In this document: in pieces, positions 47,930 through 59,770 of the stretch
How positions within the stretch are numbered: the stretch's first letter is position 1
Layout: every line of letters begins with the position of its first letter
NCBI GenBank assembly: GCA_008632985.1
Contig: QPGO01000010.1
Location: 682,001-746,000 of the forward strand
Reading direction: 5' to 3'
DNA from: Psammoneis japonica
Lineage: Eukaryota
DNA length: 64,000 bases
Translations under genes and position numbers: made by a program
The notes under the pieces: model-generated
What the model was told of the DNA's origin: nothing
The model's database searches: none
Seen by the model: only the letters and a program-made list of their open reading frames with translations

Positions 47930-49999
47930 TCAGCGCGAAAGCAGTCCTGTCATCATGTCGTCGCTGCCTCTGCGGGAACCGGCAGCGCTCGCCGTAGTAG
48001 CTCTCCACATTCTCTTTATGTAGTAAACCACGTATGCTCGGTATTTTGTCAGCGCATGTCCAAGGGTGACCAATCCACAGCCAATCACAAGACCGGCTGG
48101 GATCATCCAGAGAGGGTTATGCTTGTGACTGTGCTGTCTGCCAATCATCATGTCGTCATCATCGTGCCTCCCACCAAACTCAATGATTGAGCCAAGAAGG
48201 CCATAGCAAGCCAAAGCCGTCCCACCAATCCATCCTGATAACTGAAGGACAGGGTGATTCAACAAGACACCAACGATGCTGCTCAAAACTACAAAGCTCC
48301 ACCAAGGGATCACTAGTCGATGTTTGTGCATGTTCGAGTCGTAGCCGCGATCCTCTTGCTCCCAGGCATACGCTGAGAAGTAGCAAATGATGGCATAGTA
48401 GACCCAAACCAACGTTTCACGGCAGATCTGTGGTGGCACTTTGAAAATCCCCAGAAGAGAGATGGAGGCTAGAAGTGCCGTCACGAACCCAAGCGCAATG
48501 GCGAAGTCGTCGTTGGCGAGACTCCCGAGAATATCAAAGACCATGACGATTGCCAGCGCCAAGCCTGAAGGGCTCTCTTTTTTCGTCAACAGCCAGTAGG
48601 AAGCCGGAAAGACCACAATTGATGCCAGGCCCCTCCCTATCGCATCGATCCATGTGTTGCACGCACTACCCGAACCATCTCCGCTAATCACTGTACCCAA
48701 GTTCTCTTCGCTCGTAACATTTGCAAGCGATTGGAGTTTCATGGTATCTGGATAAAGCTTGTAGATCTCCATCTGCGCAAATATCTTATCAAAAGTGCTG
48801 TGGTCGCGATTGTATGTGGTATACTCAAAGTAGAGTGCACCGTCGTGAGCCTTCATTTTGGCCTCTCGATCTCTGTCCAATAACCCTTTGTTAGTTTTCG
48901 GCCTCGGAGGCTGTGAGATGTTTCGAAAGCCAAAAGTGACATCTTCCCCTGAAGCGACACATAAAAGATGTCGCGGTGGGCGATCTCTCCCGAACCGTCT
49001 ACTAGTACTACGCTGCATGTCGCTTCTTTCCGTGTAGGCGCAACAAAAAGATTGCGATTGAGCCTCGCCGTCTCCCTTCACGCTAGTAAAGAACCGAGGA
49101 TCCAAGACATTTCGGTGTTTCTGTATGGCACCATCTTTTGCAGTTGAGATCAACGTCGGCCTGTAATCCGGACCGTTGTAGATAGCGTATTCATCGGCAT
49201 CTTCACTTGTCTCGTTCGTCGTTTTCTCGAATCCCTGGAAGAAAACTCTCCCATCATTGAGCCGAATGAATGATGAGGACATCCTGTCAATCTCACTATT
49301 CCAACGCCTGGCCCATTCTTGCAATTCACTGGGAAGGTGATCGATTTTCACACTGGTTTTGGAACCACGCTGCTCGGTCGGACCAGCGATGGCACAGTCA
49401 CGCTTCATCTTTGTAGAAGCCGAATATACTCTTAAACCAAGACAGCTCAGAAATCCTGCACCGCACAAAGCAGCGGCAATGTACAGTATGCTTACAAAGA
49501 AGGACACACGAGGCCGAAGCCGCTTCTGAAATAAACAGTCCATCTTTCGAGAAGCTTGTGCGTGCAGGTGATTTGTGTGGTGACCAGCAACCCTGCTCGT
49601 ATATTCTTCGTCCGTCTCGAGTGCCACCATTTCTTTTTCCATGAAGAGCGCAGCTTTTAAAAGGATTGCACAATCGATTAAAAGTATGAACGCACTCATC
49701 GCAGTATTTGTTTGAAACATGGAAATCCTCTCGGCCGTGAGTTTCTTGGCACTGATACCAGAATAGGCCCTGTACTCTTCACGGTCAAAGACCAGCAAAG
49801 TGGAGAAGGCAACCACATTGACGAGAAGGAAGATAACTGGCCACATGCCAAACTTGCACCAGAGCCTCCAAGTCGTTACGTACGAGGAAAGCGGGGGAAG
49901 TTCGATCTCCTCATCAGACTCATTTTCTTCGGTAATTTCCAAGTTCTCGACGTTCGCAGAGCCGGACAAATTTTCTTCATCGTCACTGTGATTCATCAT
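47930..49999 (-). CDS. Uncharacterised multi-pass membrane protein (about 3 N-terminal TMs, a large loop, about 7 C-terminal TMs)
   Basis: Long ORF with normal Tyr, TpA and CpG content and multiple hydrophobic segments. Probable start MMNHSDDEE at 49999. Confidence 0.8.
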   Translation of the reverse strand: MMNHSDDEENLSGSANVENLEITEENESDEEIELPPLSSYVTTWRLWCKFGMWPVIFLLVNVVAFSTLLVFDREEYRAYSGISAKKLTAERISMFQTNTAMSAFILLIDCAILLKAALFMEKEMVALETDEEYTSRVAGHHTNHLHAQASRKMDCLFQKRLRPRVSFFVSILYIAAALCGAGFLSCLGLRVYSASTKMKRDCAIAGPTEQRGSKTSVKIDHLPSELQEWARRWNSEIDRMSSSFIRLNDGRVFFQGFEKTTNETSEDADEYAIYNGPDYRPTLISTAKDGAIQKHRNVLDPRFFTSVKGDGEAQSQSFCCAYTERSDMQRSTSRRFGRDRPPRHLLCVASGEDVTFGFRNISQPPRPKTNKGLLDRDREAKMKAHDGALYFEYTTYNRDHSTFDKIFAQMEIYKLYPDTMKLQSLANVTSEENLGTVISGDGSGSACNTWIDAIGRGLASIVVFPASYWLLTKKESPSGLALAIVMVFDILGSLANDDFAIALGFVTALLASISLLGIFKVPPQICRETLVWVYYAIICYFSAYAWEQEDRGYDSNMHKHRLVIPWWSFVVLSSIVGVLLNHPVLQLSGWIGGTALACYGLLGSIIEFGGRHDDDDMMIGRQHSHKHNPLWMIPAGLVIGCGLVTLGHALTKYRAYVVYYIKRMWRATTASAAGSRRGSDDMMTGLLSR

Positions 50000-50249
50000 A
50001 GTACACTGTACTCTGCGGTTACTGACGGTTCGTGAGGAGCACTGAATACAATTTTCTGTCAATGGCAGCGACTTGTCATTTGTTTTCTCTCTTTTTTGTG
50101 TGTTTGCGTTTGCTAATCGCAAGGTTCACGTTGAGAACACGCGTCACGACTCACGACTCGAAGTTCGCGCTTCGCTATCCTCAGCCGACCTGGGACCCGG
50201 AGCAGGTGTGGACCTTTTTTAGAACAGATCCGGTGCGAGTTGGAGAGCA

Positions 50250-53200
50250 CAGCATGGTGACATGAAACATGCACTGGTTGATGCCTGATGCCGGCCAAGC
50301 TGTTTTTCCTGACGTTGCGTTTGACAGCTGCTCTCTGGAAAAAGGGAGAGATTTTCATTCCCACTGACAATTGGGTGCACTTGTGGCTGGAAACTCGGAG
50401 TGTCTTTCTTGTTCTTGCTTTTCTGTTGACTGCAGTTGCGTCCTTTCGACAGAGCTTGGGGCAAACACTGGCAAAGATCCAACTGCAGCTTGCTCTGGAA
50501 GGTGGTGCATCTGGTGTAGACTTGTCAGCAACATGGCCCAAACCCGAAGGAAAGAGAACAAGGTTTCCTGCGAGCATGTGGTGGGTTGTGAAATGGTTTT
50601 TTGAATGAAACGGGTGCATCCTGTTCCAACTTGCTTCTAGATTCAGCAGCAGTCAGGCAACCAAACAACGTTGTGGAATCAAATGAGGATGAGGACAAAA
50701 CAGCAGAGACTGTGGAGCAAAGCTGAGAAGCAACATTGGATGGAGGAGCTTTTCATTCTGCATGAATTCCAGCTCCATCAATCATGTGGGTCTTAGATTC
50801 GACAGCAGAAGACTCAACACCACAACAGCATAAAATGGAGGAATCATTGTGGGTGGAAGTGGGCTGGTGGATGAAATGAAAACATTGGACACTGCATCTG
50901 CAGGAAGATGCAGTGGATCCAACAACAAACGAAATGGGCAACTCGCCAAACAGCGATTCTTTCACATTGCCCCATCCTTTGTTTTTGGCCCACAACAAAA
51001 GATGCAATGTTCAGCATTTCAGAACTTGCCCACAGGCTTTCACCATTTCATTCCATGCTTCTTGTCACAAAGAAGCCAGAGTGATCATGATGCAACTGTG
51101 AGCATTGCCATGTGTCTAGCTGGTTGCAGCAGCCACGAGATTCTCATTGCAGACATTTGGCGCCCCAGATGTGTGCATTCTAAATTTCAGCTGTCTCAAG
51201 CATTGAACTTGCAGTGTTGTTTTTGACAGTGGGAATGTCTCAAGCAGCAGTGTCAATGGTGGATGTCTTGAGCAGGACACCAGCATCTTTGTCATTGACA
51301 GCAGGTGTCTCAAGCACTTTGCTCTTTGCTGCTGTGGCAATGTTGCAGTCATGCAATCTCACAGATTGGTGCATTCTGCTGGCTTTCTTGAAACTGAAGT
51401 GAGGCACACTCAACGGACACAAAAAGTGTGAACTTCTCCTCCAAAACACAAACACTGCCCTCTGTTTCTTGATGGTCCAAACAGGCTTGTCCTCAGAAAA
51501 TGGAGACTTTTTGGTGAAAAAGTGAGTCGCACTTGGCCTTTGAATTTTCAACACAAAACACAAACTTCAGCTCTTGACATGTGGGTGTGGAGAGTGCCAA
51601 GAAAACCAGAAACATGGAATCAGTCATCTCCAATTCCGCGCATTTGGAAACTGCAATTGCACTTGTCCAAAGGTCTCGTGATGACACCCAAGAAGCAGCC
51701 ACACAGTCTCCCTTTTTCAAAGAATAGAAACAAAGAATCTCAAAGCTGTGGTGGGCATGCTCCTTTTTGGTGATACAGTGTCCATTCTCATTGCACTCCA
51801 ATGGGCAAATGTCAATGCCTCTGGGGTTTTGTGTGGCTGATTTGTGTTTTTGCAACTGGTGCGCAAGGTGGAACCGGCTGGGTCACCCTGACAGGGATTG
51901 CTCGCTGCCCCACCCAAAGCCGTCATTGCCACCAAGGGCTTGGAAGCAGGTGCAGGAACTTTGGAAGCTGTGGATGGTGTGATGGATTTCCAACCCAGAG
52001 GAGCAGGCAGTGGGCCATGAGGGTCCAGCTCTGCCAGAATTGATGAAACAATCTCTCGCGCATTTGGTGCAAAACACCTTTCCTCCCACAAAAGTTCTGT
52101 CTTGATCTTCTTGGCCGTGCACACATTCATGGCTTTCTTTTTGAGTTCTTCCTCTTGTTGCTGTTCAGAAAGGTCCCGTTTCCTTTCCTGGACAGCCGCT
52201 GCTGCTTCTGGGTTGTCCTTCTTTTGACTTGCAGCAACCTGCTGGGCTCTTTGCCTCTTGGTGCGTTGCGCTGATGCCGCTCCTTTAAGAAATCCTTTTG
52301 CAGAGCTCATCTTGGCAACATGGATTGTCCTGTCCATGACACTTGTGCAATGACTCAATGGCAACTTGAACATTTCTGGTGGATGCAGCTGCTGCAGCAT
52401 GGCAGCAAACTTCACTGCAACAGGTGACAAAGAAATGGCAGAGGAAGACCATTGGTGGAGCGGCAGTTGTGGGGTGGAAGTGACACTTCCACTGGCAGGC
52501 TCTTGAGCATTTCCAGATCCACTTTTCTGGAAAATCTTGGTTGGGGACTTTTCAGCAGTTGGAGAAGAATTTTGTTGTGGAGACCATTGTGGTTGAGGCA
52601 TGATTTGTTGACAATGGGTCTGATTCGTTGAAGAACAATCCTTTGAACTGCCAATTGAACTGCCTGTTGCTGATGCTGTTGAAGCTGCATGATCTGCTGT
52701 TGCTGCTGTTGAAGTTGCATCTGCAACATGCATTGCTGCTGGGATGTTGCTCCAGGAGCTGCTGGCACTTGAGACTTCCATTGCATGGAAATGATGCCAA
52801 GTTTCTCCCAGAGAAACCACAACTTAAAGATGGCAGTTGCATCATCATTGGATCTCCCGGTGCATTCATTGGTGCAGGGTTGGATTTGTGGGCAAGTTCA
52901 GCATGTTTGGTGGCATGGACATTCCCTGATGCTGCATTCCTGAACCAGCAGAAGAGCGTCCCTTCTTCACATTTTTTAAGAAAATAACAACAATTGCTTT
53001 CACCAACAATCTTTGTGCTCTTGTGCTTTGCACCATTGCTTGAAACACAAACTCCACACAGCAAACACCAAAACATTCTTCTCTCATTGCAGCCAGGCTT
53101 TTGTGCTGTTCTTGGGCATTCATCTGCCACCCCACAATCCTCGTTTGTTTTGCACAAGAAAACAAATGTGAGAGTGATCCACCACCCATGTGGAAATGAC

Positions 53201-56200
53201 CCTCTCCACTGCCCCCCCCCCCACATGCCAGCTGGGAGAATCAGAAGCCTGGCACAAGCAGGATTGAAGATCAAGAGTCATGACTGCCAGAGAGACAGAC
53301 AGCAAAAGAGAAACAACACATCCATTTCCACGACCGACACCACACAATTGTCCACTTGCAAAGCCAACCAAACATTGAACCTCAAACAATTGACAGACCA
53401 GGAGGTTGCTCAGAGCATGAGCAGGACAGCAAACCAAGAGGTCGGCCAGGATGACACCAGAGTGCACTCCTGTTGGGAGGTCTTCCAGACCTTGCCCAGT
53501 CCAAGACGGAATCAGGTGGGTGACAGGAATGGCGCCAATTCTGCAGCAGCAAGTCACCAGGGAGCAGCCAAGGTGGCAACTGACAATGGCTCCAAGCAGT
53601 GCAAACCCCCACAGTGGGAGCTTGCAACATGGGCAGGGTTGGGGCACAATGCACGAATGGAACCTGAGATGCTTGACCTCCCAGAAGAGTCAATGGATCC
53701 ACTCATTTCATTCCCAGCATGCAGAGAAGCCATCTGCACATGGCACTCAGACAAAAGCTTGCGCCATGCTGTGTGGCTTGTTGAGCATCAAGGGATTGCA
53801 TTTTGACTGAAGCAGTTGTCTTGCTCACAATGATGTGTGCAATGGCTGCTCGGTCAACAGCAACGCCGGCACTCTTGTGCACAATTGGCTTGTCAAGCTT
53901 TCCCAAAGCAATCCTAAAAGCAGCCAATGGGTCAGTCTTGTTGTTCACAGAAAAGGTGCAAGGGGCAACTGGCAAAGTTGTTGCCAACAGAGTGGCAGCA
54001 TGGACAGGGGTGTCAACTCGGTGTGAGAGATGCTGGGCCCAGGTGCATCCGCAGCAGGACAAGGTGGCAGCAGCCTTCTTGGGAGCAGCAGAGGCATTGA
54101 AGGCTGGAACATGGGTGGGTTCCAGGGACAAAGTGGCCTGTGTTTGTGACAAATTTGCTTGCCCCAGAACAATGCTGTTGTCAAACGGGCACCATTTGCG
54201 GGGGGCATCTTGCTGGGGGAGAGCAGCCACAGCAGCAGTGGTGTGGTCTCAAGCTGCAGGGATTTAAGGGAAGCCAGAGAGTGGAGGCAATGGCAGGAGA
54301 GGCCATTGCATTGCCTTCAGCGGCAATGGCATCTGCTGCTGGCAGTGGAGGTGTGGCAGGAGGAATCGCAGCACATCCGGCAGCCAACACAGTGGATGCC
54401 AAAGTGGTGGCAGGAGTGCCGGGGGAGGCACCTGCAGTGGCAGCAGTGGGTGGTGGTGACTTGTCATCCTGAGCCAATGTTGGAGGCCAGACAGAGTGGC
54501 CTGCAGGGATGGCATTTGAGTTTTTTTCTATGATGACACCATCTTAGAGTGGGCGCCGTTCGTGGGGGTCATTGTGTGGTGTTTTGTTGCACTCAAAGAA
54601 ATCAAACTGTGCACATGGCAGTTGATGTTGGATCTTTGATGGCACTGCTTGTTGCGTGTAACCGTTTGAGCAAAAAAAGTTGAGCGGCCCACGCGGGCAC
54701 AGATTTTTTTCACTTTTGTGTGTTTCAGAAGGCAAAATCTGCCTCCAGATGGTCATTTGCCATCTCTTGCACTTTTTTAGATGGTTTGAAGCCAACAAAC
54801 CATGCAATGTCATTGGTGCTTGATCTGAAGAACTCTGCAAGCACTTCAAACAAACAAACACATCCACTTGAAGCTTTTCAATCCACTCAAAACATGCTGG
54901 AAAAGGACGAATCAACACGGCGCATCACGCATCATGGTCAAACATTGCACCACTTGCCTTCACCCCAATCATCTCCATTCGACACATGCAACATGGAGAA
55001 GGCATGTAAAAATCTGTTTGGTTGTTGTGATGAACCAATGACTTGCATTCCTGATTGTTGCACAATTGGTGTGCCAAGCCAAACACATCATTTTCAACAG
55101 TCCCATCCAACATTTGCAGGCAAACAGTGCGGCAAAGACTGCGTCAACTGCAACCTGCAATGCATGCTTGATGATTGCACAGAAACCAAAACGTGGATGC
55201 ATTGTGCATCCTGTTTGGACCACATCATGTTGGTGTGGACATTGGATGGAACTTGAGCTCAACTGCGATGACGTCGGGTGAGTCGTCAAGTGGTGGCACA
55301 TCCAGAACAAAATGAACGCGGTGGCTGACATTGGAGCCATGGCAGCAGTGGCTCAATTGTTGCTTGTTTTTGCATTGACAGAACAAACCTGAAGCTGCCG
55401 ATGAACATGCCGAGCAGGTGACAACGACATCTTGGAGGAATGGTTGTGGGAATGTTTTCCAGTGTGCCTTGTGATGCTCCCACCTTGGGCACCTGAGATG
55501 AAGCCAGTTGAGCTGCTGTGGAATTGTCTGGTGGAGCATCTTTTGCCAGCCCCATTTAGATGACTGCCTGTTTTTTTTTGGGTTCGGGTGGCCTGCCACA
55601 CAGCTGCCATCATGCAGTCATTCATGCCAGACGTGGAGACAGCCTGCCATCACTGTGGCTGCCAAGCAGTCTGGAGGTGACTCTGACATTGCAGCATCTG
55701 TGTTTGTTGACACATTGCAGTCTTTGGCCGTTTTTAAAATGCACTCAAGTGTGGTTGCCGGTGGGTGCAGGACAGCAGGATGAAAAGCCCACTTTGGATT
55801 CTCCCAGCTTGTTTCTCCCATTGTTGAATTGTGGCAGCACACCATGTTGCTGGTGCCATTACGGCATGTGCTCCAGCCCGGAGGACTCTCTCTTCCTGCA
55901 ATGGTGGCAGAGGTAGAGGGAATGGAGCTGGGGGTGGCCTGCTGTGGGTTTGTTCCCAATTTTCACCCGCAGTGCTGTTGCAACAGCACAGTCTGTTGCT
56001 GGCATTGTTGTGCATGGCTCTCCAGCCTGCTGCAGAGGAAAGACTGGCTGTGCTGGAGGCAGAGGCAGTGGCGGCTGAGACGGCATTGCACCACCACTGC
56101 AGCAATCCATGGAATCTCATCAGTCAGATCATTGTTGGCTCGGTTCATCCTCCAGTTCATCCTTTCTTGATGTTGTGTTGTTGCGTTTGTCAAGGTCATG

Positions 56201-56800
56201 GCCATCAGATCCAGTGGAATGAGACGTGTCACAACAAAAGACGGCAAATGATTGTCGTGGAGGCAGATTTTGCCTTGAAATGCAAAGTTAAAAAAAATCC
56301 GTGCTCGCATGGCCTGCTCTCAACTTTTTTGCTCAAATGGTTGCACAGATGACACCGCATGCATCAGACCTTGCCAAGAACCACCAACATGCTGGATGAC
56401 CAAAGTTCATGACTGTTCAAATCTGTTTGCAGATGAACATTGCTGATCACCAAGCTCCAACCAGCCTGCTGACCTTGTGCCTCTTGCCAATGTGACACGA
56501 CACTGAACACATTTGGCAGAACAGTGTGGGTGTGTGCGAAGAAACATGCAGAACTTGTGTGGAGTTTTGTGCGTTCAACAGTGATCAACGTTGCTGCAGA
56601 CAACTCCCACTCAGGGTTTCGAAACCCTGGCCTTCTGCCCAATGGCTGCGCAATGAACCACTCCACTGTGAATTCACAACGCAGCATGCATGCAGACAAA
56701 AGGTCACTTTTGTCATGACCTTTGTGACATTTAAAGGCTGCAACACGTCGCCGTGATGCACTGACTCTCACAAGTGGCTGGATGTTGCACTTGTGCCAAC
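50250..56800. repeat. Decayed repeat tract depleted of TpA and CpG
   Basis: Same TG/CA-dominated composition as the other tracts; only degenerate ORFs. Confidence 0.8.
54655..56347. mobile_element. TIR element (~110-bp imperfect TIRs) carrying two decayed WW-domain coding segments
   Basis: gtgtaaccgtttgagcaaaaaaagttgag...ggcaaaatctgcctcca at the left is the reverse complement of tggaggcagattttgcc...ctcaacttttttgctcaaatggttgcac at the right. Minus-strand PPGWSTCRNGTSNMVCCHNSTMGETSWENP and AGWRAMHNNASNRLCCCNSTAGENWE. Confidence 0.75.
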
Positions 56801-56805
56801 ACTGC

Positions 56806-57842
56806 CGCCCAACACATCATTCTGCTCTGCTGTGTGGTTGGCCTCTGAACTTGGTTGAAGTCAGCTCTTTGGCATGCTTTGCTCACTGCTCCTTCCAGGT
56901 GTTGTCTCTGGAGGGTCTCAATGCTTGCCACAGTCTTTCTGAAATCACCTCACACTTTGCTGTTTCTGCTCACAGCTGCAGCTGCAAAGGTCAATGTGTT
57001 GAGTTCACTCTCTGCCAACACCAACAAGGCTGCCATTGATTGCTTGGTGACTTGGGATCAGAGATGGAGCAATGACAGAACTGGCTGGCATGTTGAAGAT
57101 GTCCGCAAGCATCTTCAACAACATGGTGGCAGCATCATTCCCAATGTTGACCATGAAGAAAAGGAAACTTCTGGAGGAGTGAGAGTGTTTGTGCCGCTTG
57201 GTGGAAAGATGGTTGACATGGCTTTCTCAACTCAGAACAGCAGCATCAACAAAGTTGTTGGCATTGATGGCACATTCAAAAAGCACTCGACATGTTCATT
57301 GCACTCAACTCTCTGCTCAACATCAAAGAATCTCAAGAATGCAATGATGATGGATTCAGTCTCTTCACTGGAGACAAGATCACACCGCTCCATGGAGACT
57401 TTTTCCTCATGGACAAGGCATCGGTTGAAAAGTTTGATGCCATTTGGGATCGGGCTTCTGTTGTTGCAATTGAACCCGATTTGCAGGAGGACCATGTGCA
57501 AATCTTGGGCCATCCACTCAAACCTGGCGGCACTCTGCCAGTCTCAACTTCAGACAAGAGGGAGTTGCCTCCCAAGGCCAGGGCCGGTGGACCTCCGCAT
57601 TCTGTGTCTGAGTCAGAAATTTGCAGGCTTTGTGAAGCATTGGAAAGAGTTGAGTCCCCATCACCCCTGTTTCTGACAATGAAGCTGACGAGAAGCTGGG
57701 AATCAGACCCAGCGCTCGCAAGGTTGCCTTTGTGATCAAAACAAAGAACAGTGTTCCGTGAAATGCCAAGACAGTTCTTGGACAATTTGAGATTAAAGAG
57801 ATTTTTTATCACCGCTGTTCCCATCAACTGCATGTCGCAAAA
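56806..57842 (+). pseudogene. Hypermutated, frameshifted DNA-level copy of the TPMT gene and its flanks (parent about 34850-35872)
   Basis: Aligns end to end with the parent, including upstream and 3' sequence. Frameshift near 57271. Substitutions concentrate at TpA and CpG. Confidence 0.97.
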
Positions 57843-57889
57843 CTCAGAAAAGTTGAGCAGCTTTTGCACTTGATCTGAGAATGCATGGC

Positions 57890-59528
57890 GTGGTGCAATG
57901 TCAGAAGCAGGACCGTGAATTGTCGTGGGCATTGACAGCATTGGCTTCTTGGTGCAATGGCCATGTGGGGACTGTCCATTTGTTTGTTCTCGGGAAATGC
58001 TTGCCCCTCCAACAACAAGAACAACGTCTGCAAGATTGTGGTGGGTGGCAGACATTGAAACATTCATGCCCACATCACATGGGTCTGAATCAGGGGCTGC
58101 AAGAACCACTGAGCAATTTCCAATTCTTTCCTCTCAAATCTTTTGCTCCTTTGCAGCTGCTGTTGAGTCTTTTGCAATGTCTTCAATGGTTTTCTGTGTT
58201 GCATTTTGAGTTGTCACAAGCAAATCTTTGGTGGCCGCAGGGTCAGATGCACCTGCCGTTCATTGAGTGTCTTGCCAAGAGGACTGACACATCCACATTT
58301 TGTGATTTGCTGTGCTGAAATGGTCCATCAATTTCCAACAGAGGTTGGCAGACATGCTTGCATGACAGACCTCAAGGGACCTGAGACATTGCCTGAGCCA
58401 TGGCCTTGATTTCAGCAGGTGCAACCAACACCTCTGGGGCATCTGCATTGGCAGCTTCTCTCCTTTGTGCTTTTTGTTGTTGTTGGCTGCACACCTCGAG
58501 ACTCCCTTGAGGTCTGTTGAAAATGGAAATGTTGCATCCTTTGCAGCATCAACTGCGAAGGCGTTCTTAGTGTGCTGATGCCCTGTGTGGGCCAAAACAA
58601 CCATTCAAAGCGAAACCCATGCACTGACAAGAAACAGGCCCTGTTTTAATGGAGTGCTCAAAAGACAAGCCAGCATCCATGCAACCAGTGTGCTCAACAG
58701 CCAACTTGTCACCCAAAACAATGGCAGCTCTCCATCTGACAACAACAACTCTCAACAACTCTTGAATTCCCCCTTTTTCGCTGACTCAAACAACTGTTGA
58801 ACCTCTGGCTGCGGCATTTGACAATGGCTTGACAACAATTTTGATGACACCCATGGTTGACAGTTCCCCAGAAAGATGAGAGGCTGGGGTCCACTCAGTT
58901 TTGTTGAGGTGCTTCTTGTCAACAATGGATGGCATTGTGGCATGCTGTTGCAATGCTGCATTCTTGGACAAAGGTGTAGAAAGGTTTCTGCACAAGTCGC
59001 AGCTCAGAACTTGAGTGGCACAATGGTTTGAACTGTTGTTGTGCTCCTTGATTTCTTTCAACAAGCAAAGTGAAACCAACAGGGAGGGGGGGTTGACAGG
59101 TTTCAACCAATCAGTCTCTGAGTCTGACCACAAAAAGCCCATGATGCAAATGGTTTTGCTGCCTGAAGATTCAATGTGCCTGCCAGTTTTGGCTGTCACA
59201 GCCCATGATTTGTTTTGGAGAACCCACCAGCACACTGCTGTCACAAGGTCTTGTGCCACCTTTGGCTGCACTGGGCAAAAAGAATGACAATCAAGAAATG
59301 TGTGCAAGTTGCAGCACACTTGAGTCTCTCATTCTGCACAGTGTTGGCTTGAAAATCCTGTTGCCTCTGCCAATGGGCTCGATGTCTGTTTTGGATGATG
59401 ACTGCTCTTCCACTTGATGCAACCAACTTGTGTTCATGAGCTTTCAAACCTTTCTGGCTCTGAAAGATCAATTTCCAACCACATTCTTTTTCTTGTTTTC
59501 ACCCATCATTGGCAAGTTTTTTTGCATG
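57890..59528. repeat. ~1.65-kb decayed interspersed repeat, copy 2
   Basis: Collinear with 40810-42457. Confidence 0.92.
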
Positions 59529-59534
59529 AATGTC

Positions 59535-59699
59535 GTTGAACCTGATTTGTGGGAGGACTGTGTGCAAACCCTGGGCCATCTGCTCAAACCTGGCGGCACT
59601 CTGCCAGTTTCAACTTTGGACAAAGGGAGTTGCCTCCTGAGGCCAGGGCAGGTGGACCTCCATGTTCTGTGCCTGAGTTGGAAATTTGCAGGCTTTGTG
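59535..59699 (+). pseudogene. Third, partial TPMT copy (parent about 35505-35670), followed by a re-duplication of 58684-58753
   Basis: ttgaacctgatttgtgggaggactgtgtgc...gagttggaaatttgcaggctttgtg aligns to the parent. Confidence 0.93.
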
Positions 59700-59770
59700 C
59701 AACCAGTGTGCTCAACAGCCAACTTGTCACCCAAAACAATGGCAGCTCTCCATTTGACAACAACAACTCT

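Noticed and set aside
51717..54470. Long ORFs 51717-52820 (-), 52994-53806 (+) and 53703-54230 (-)
   Set aside because: They lie in TpA-free sequence, are Tyr-free and have no identifiable motifs; probably decayed element genes opened by stop loss.
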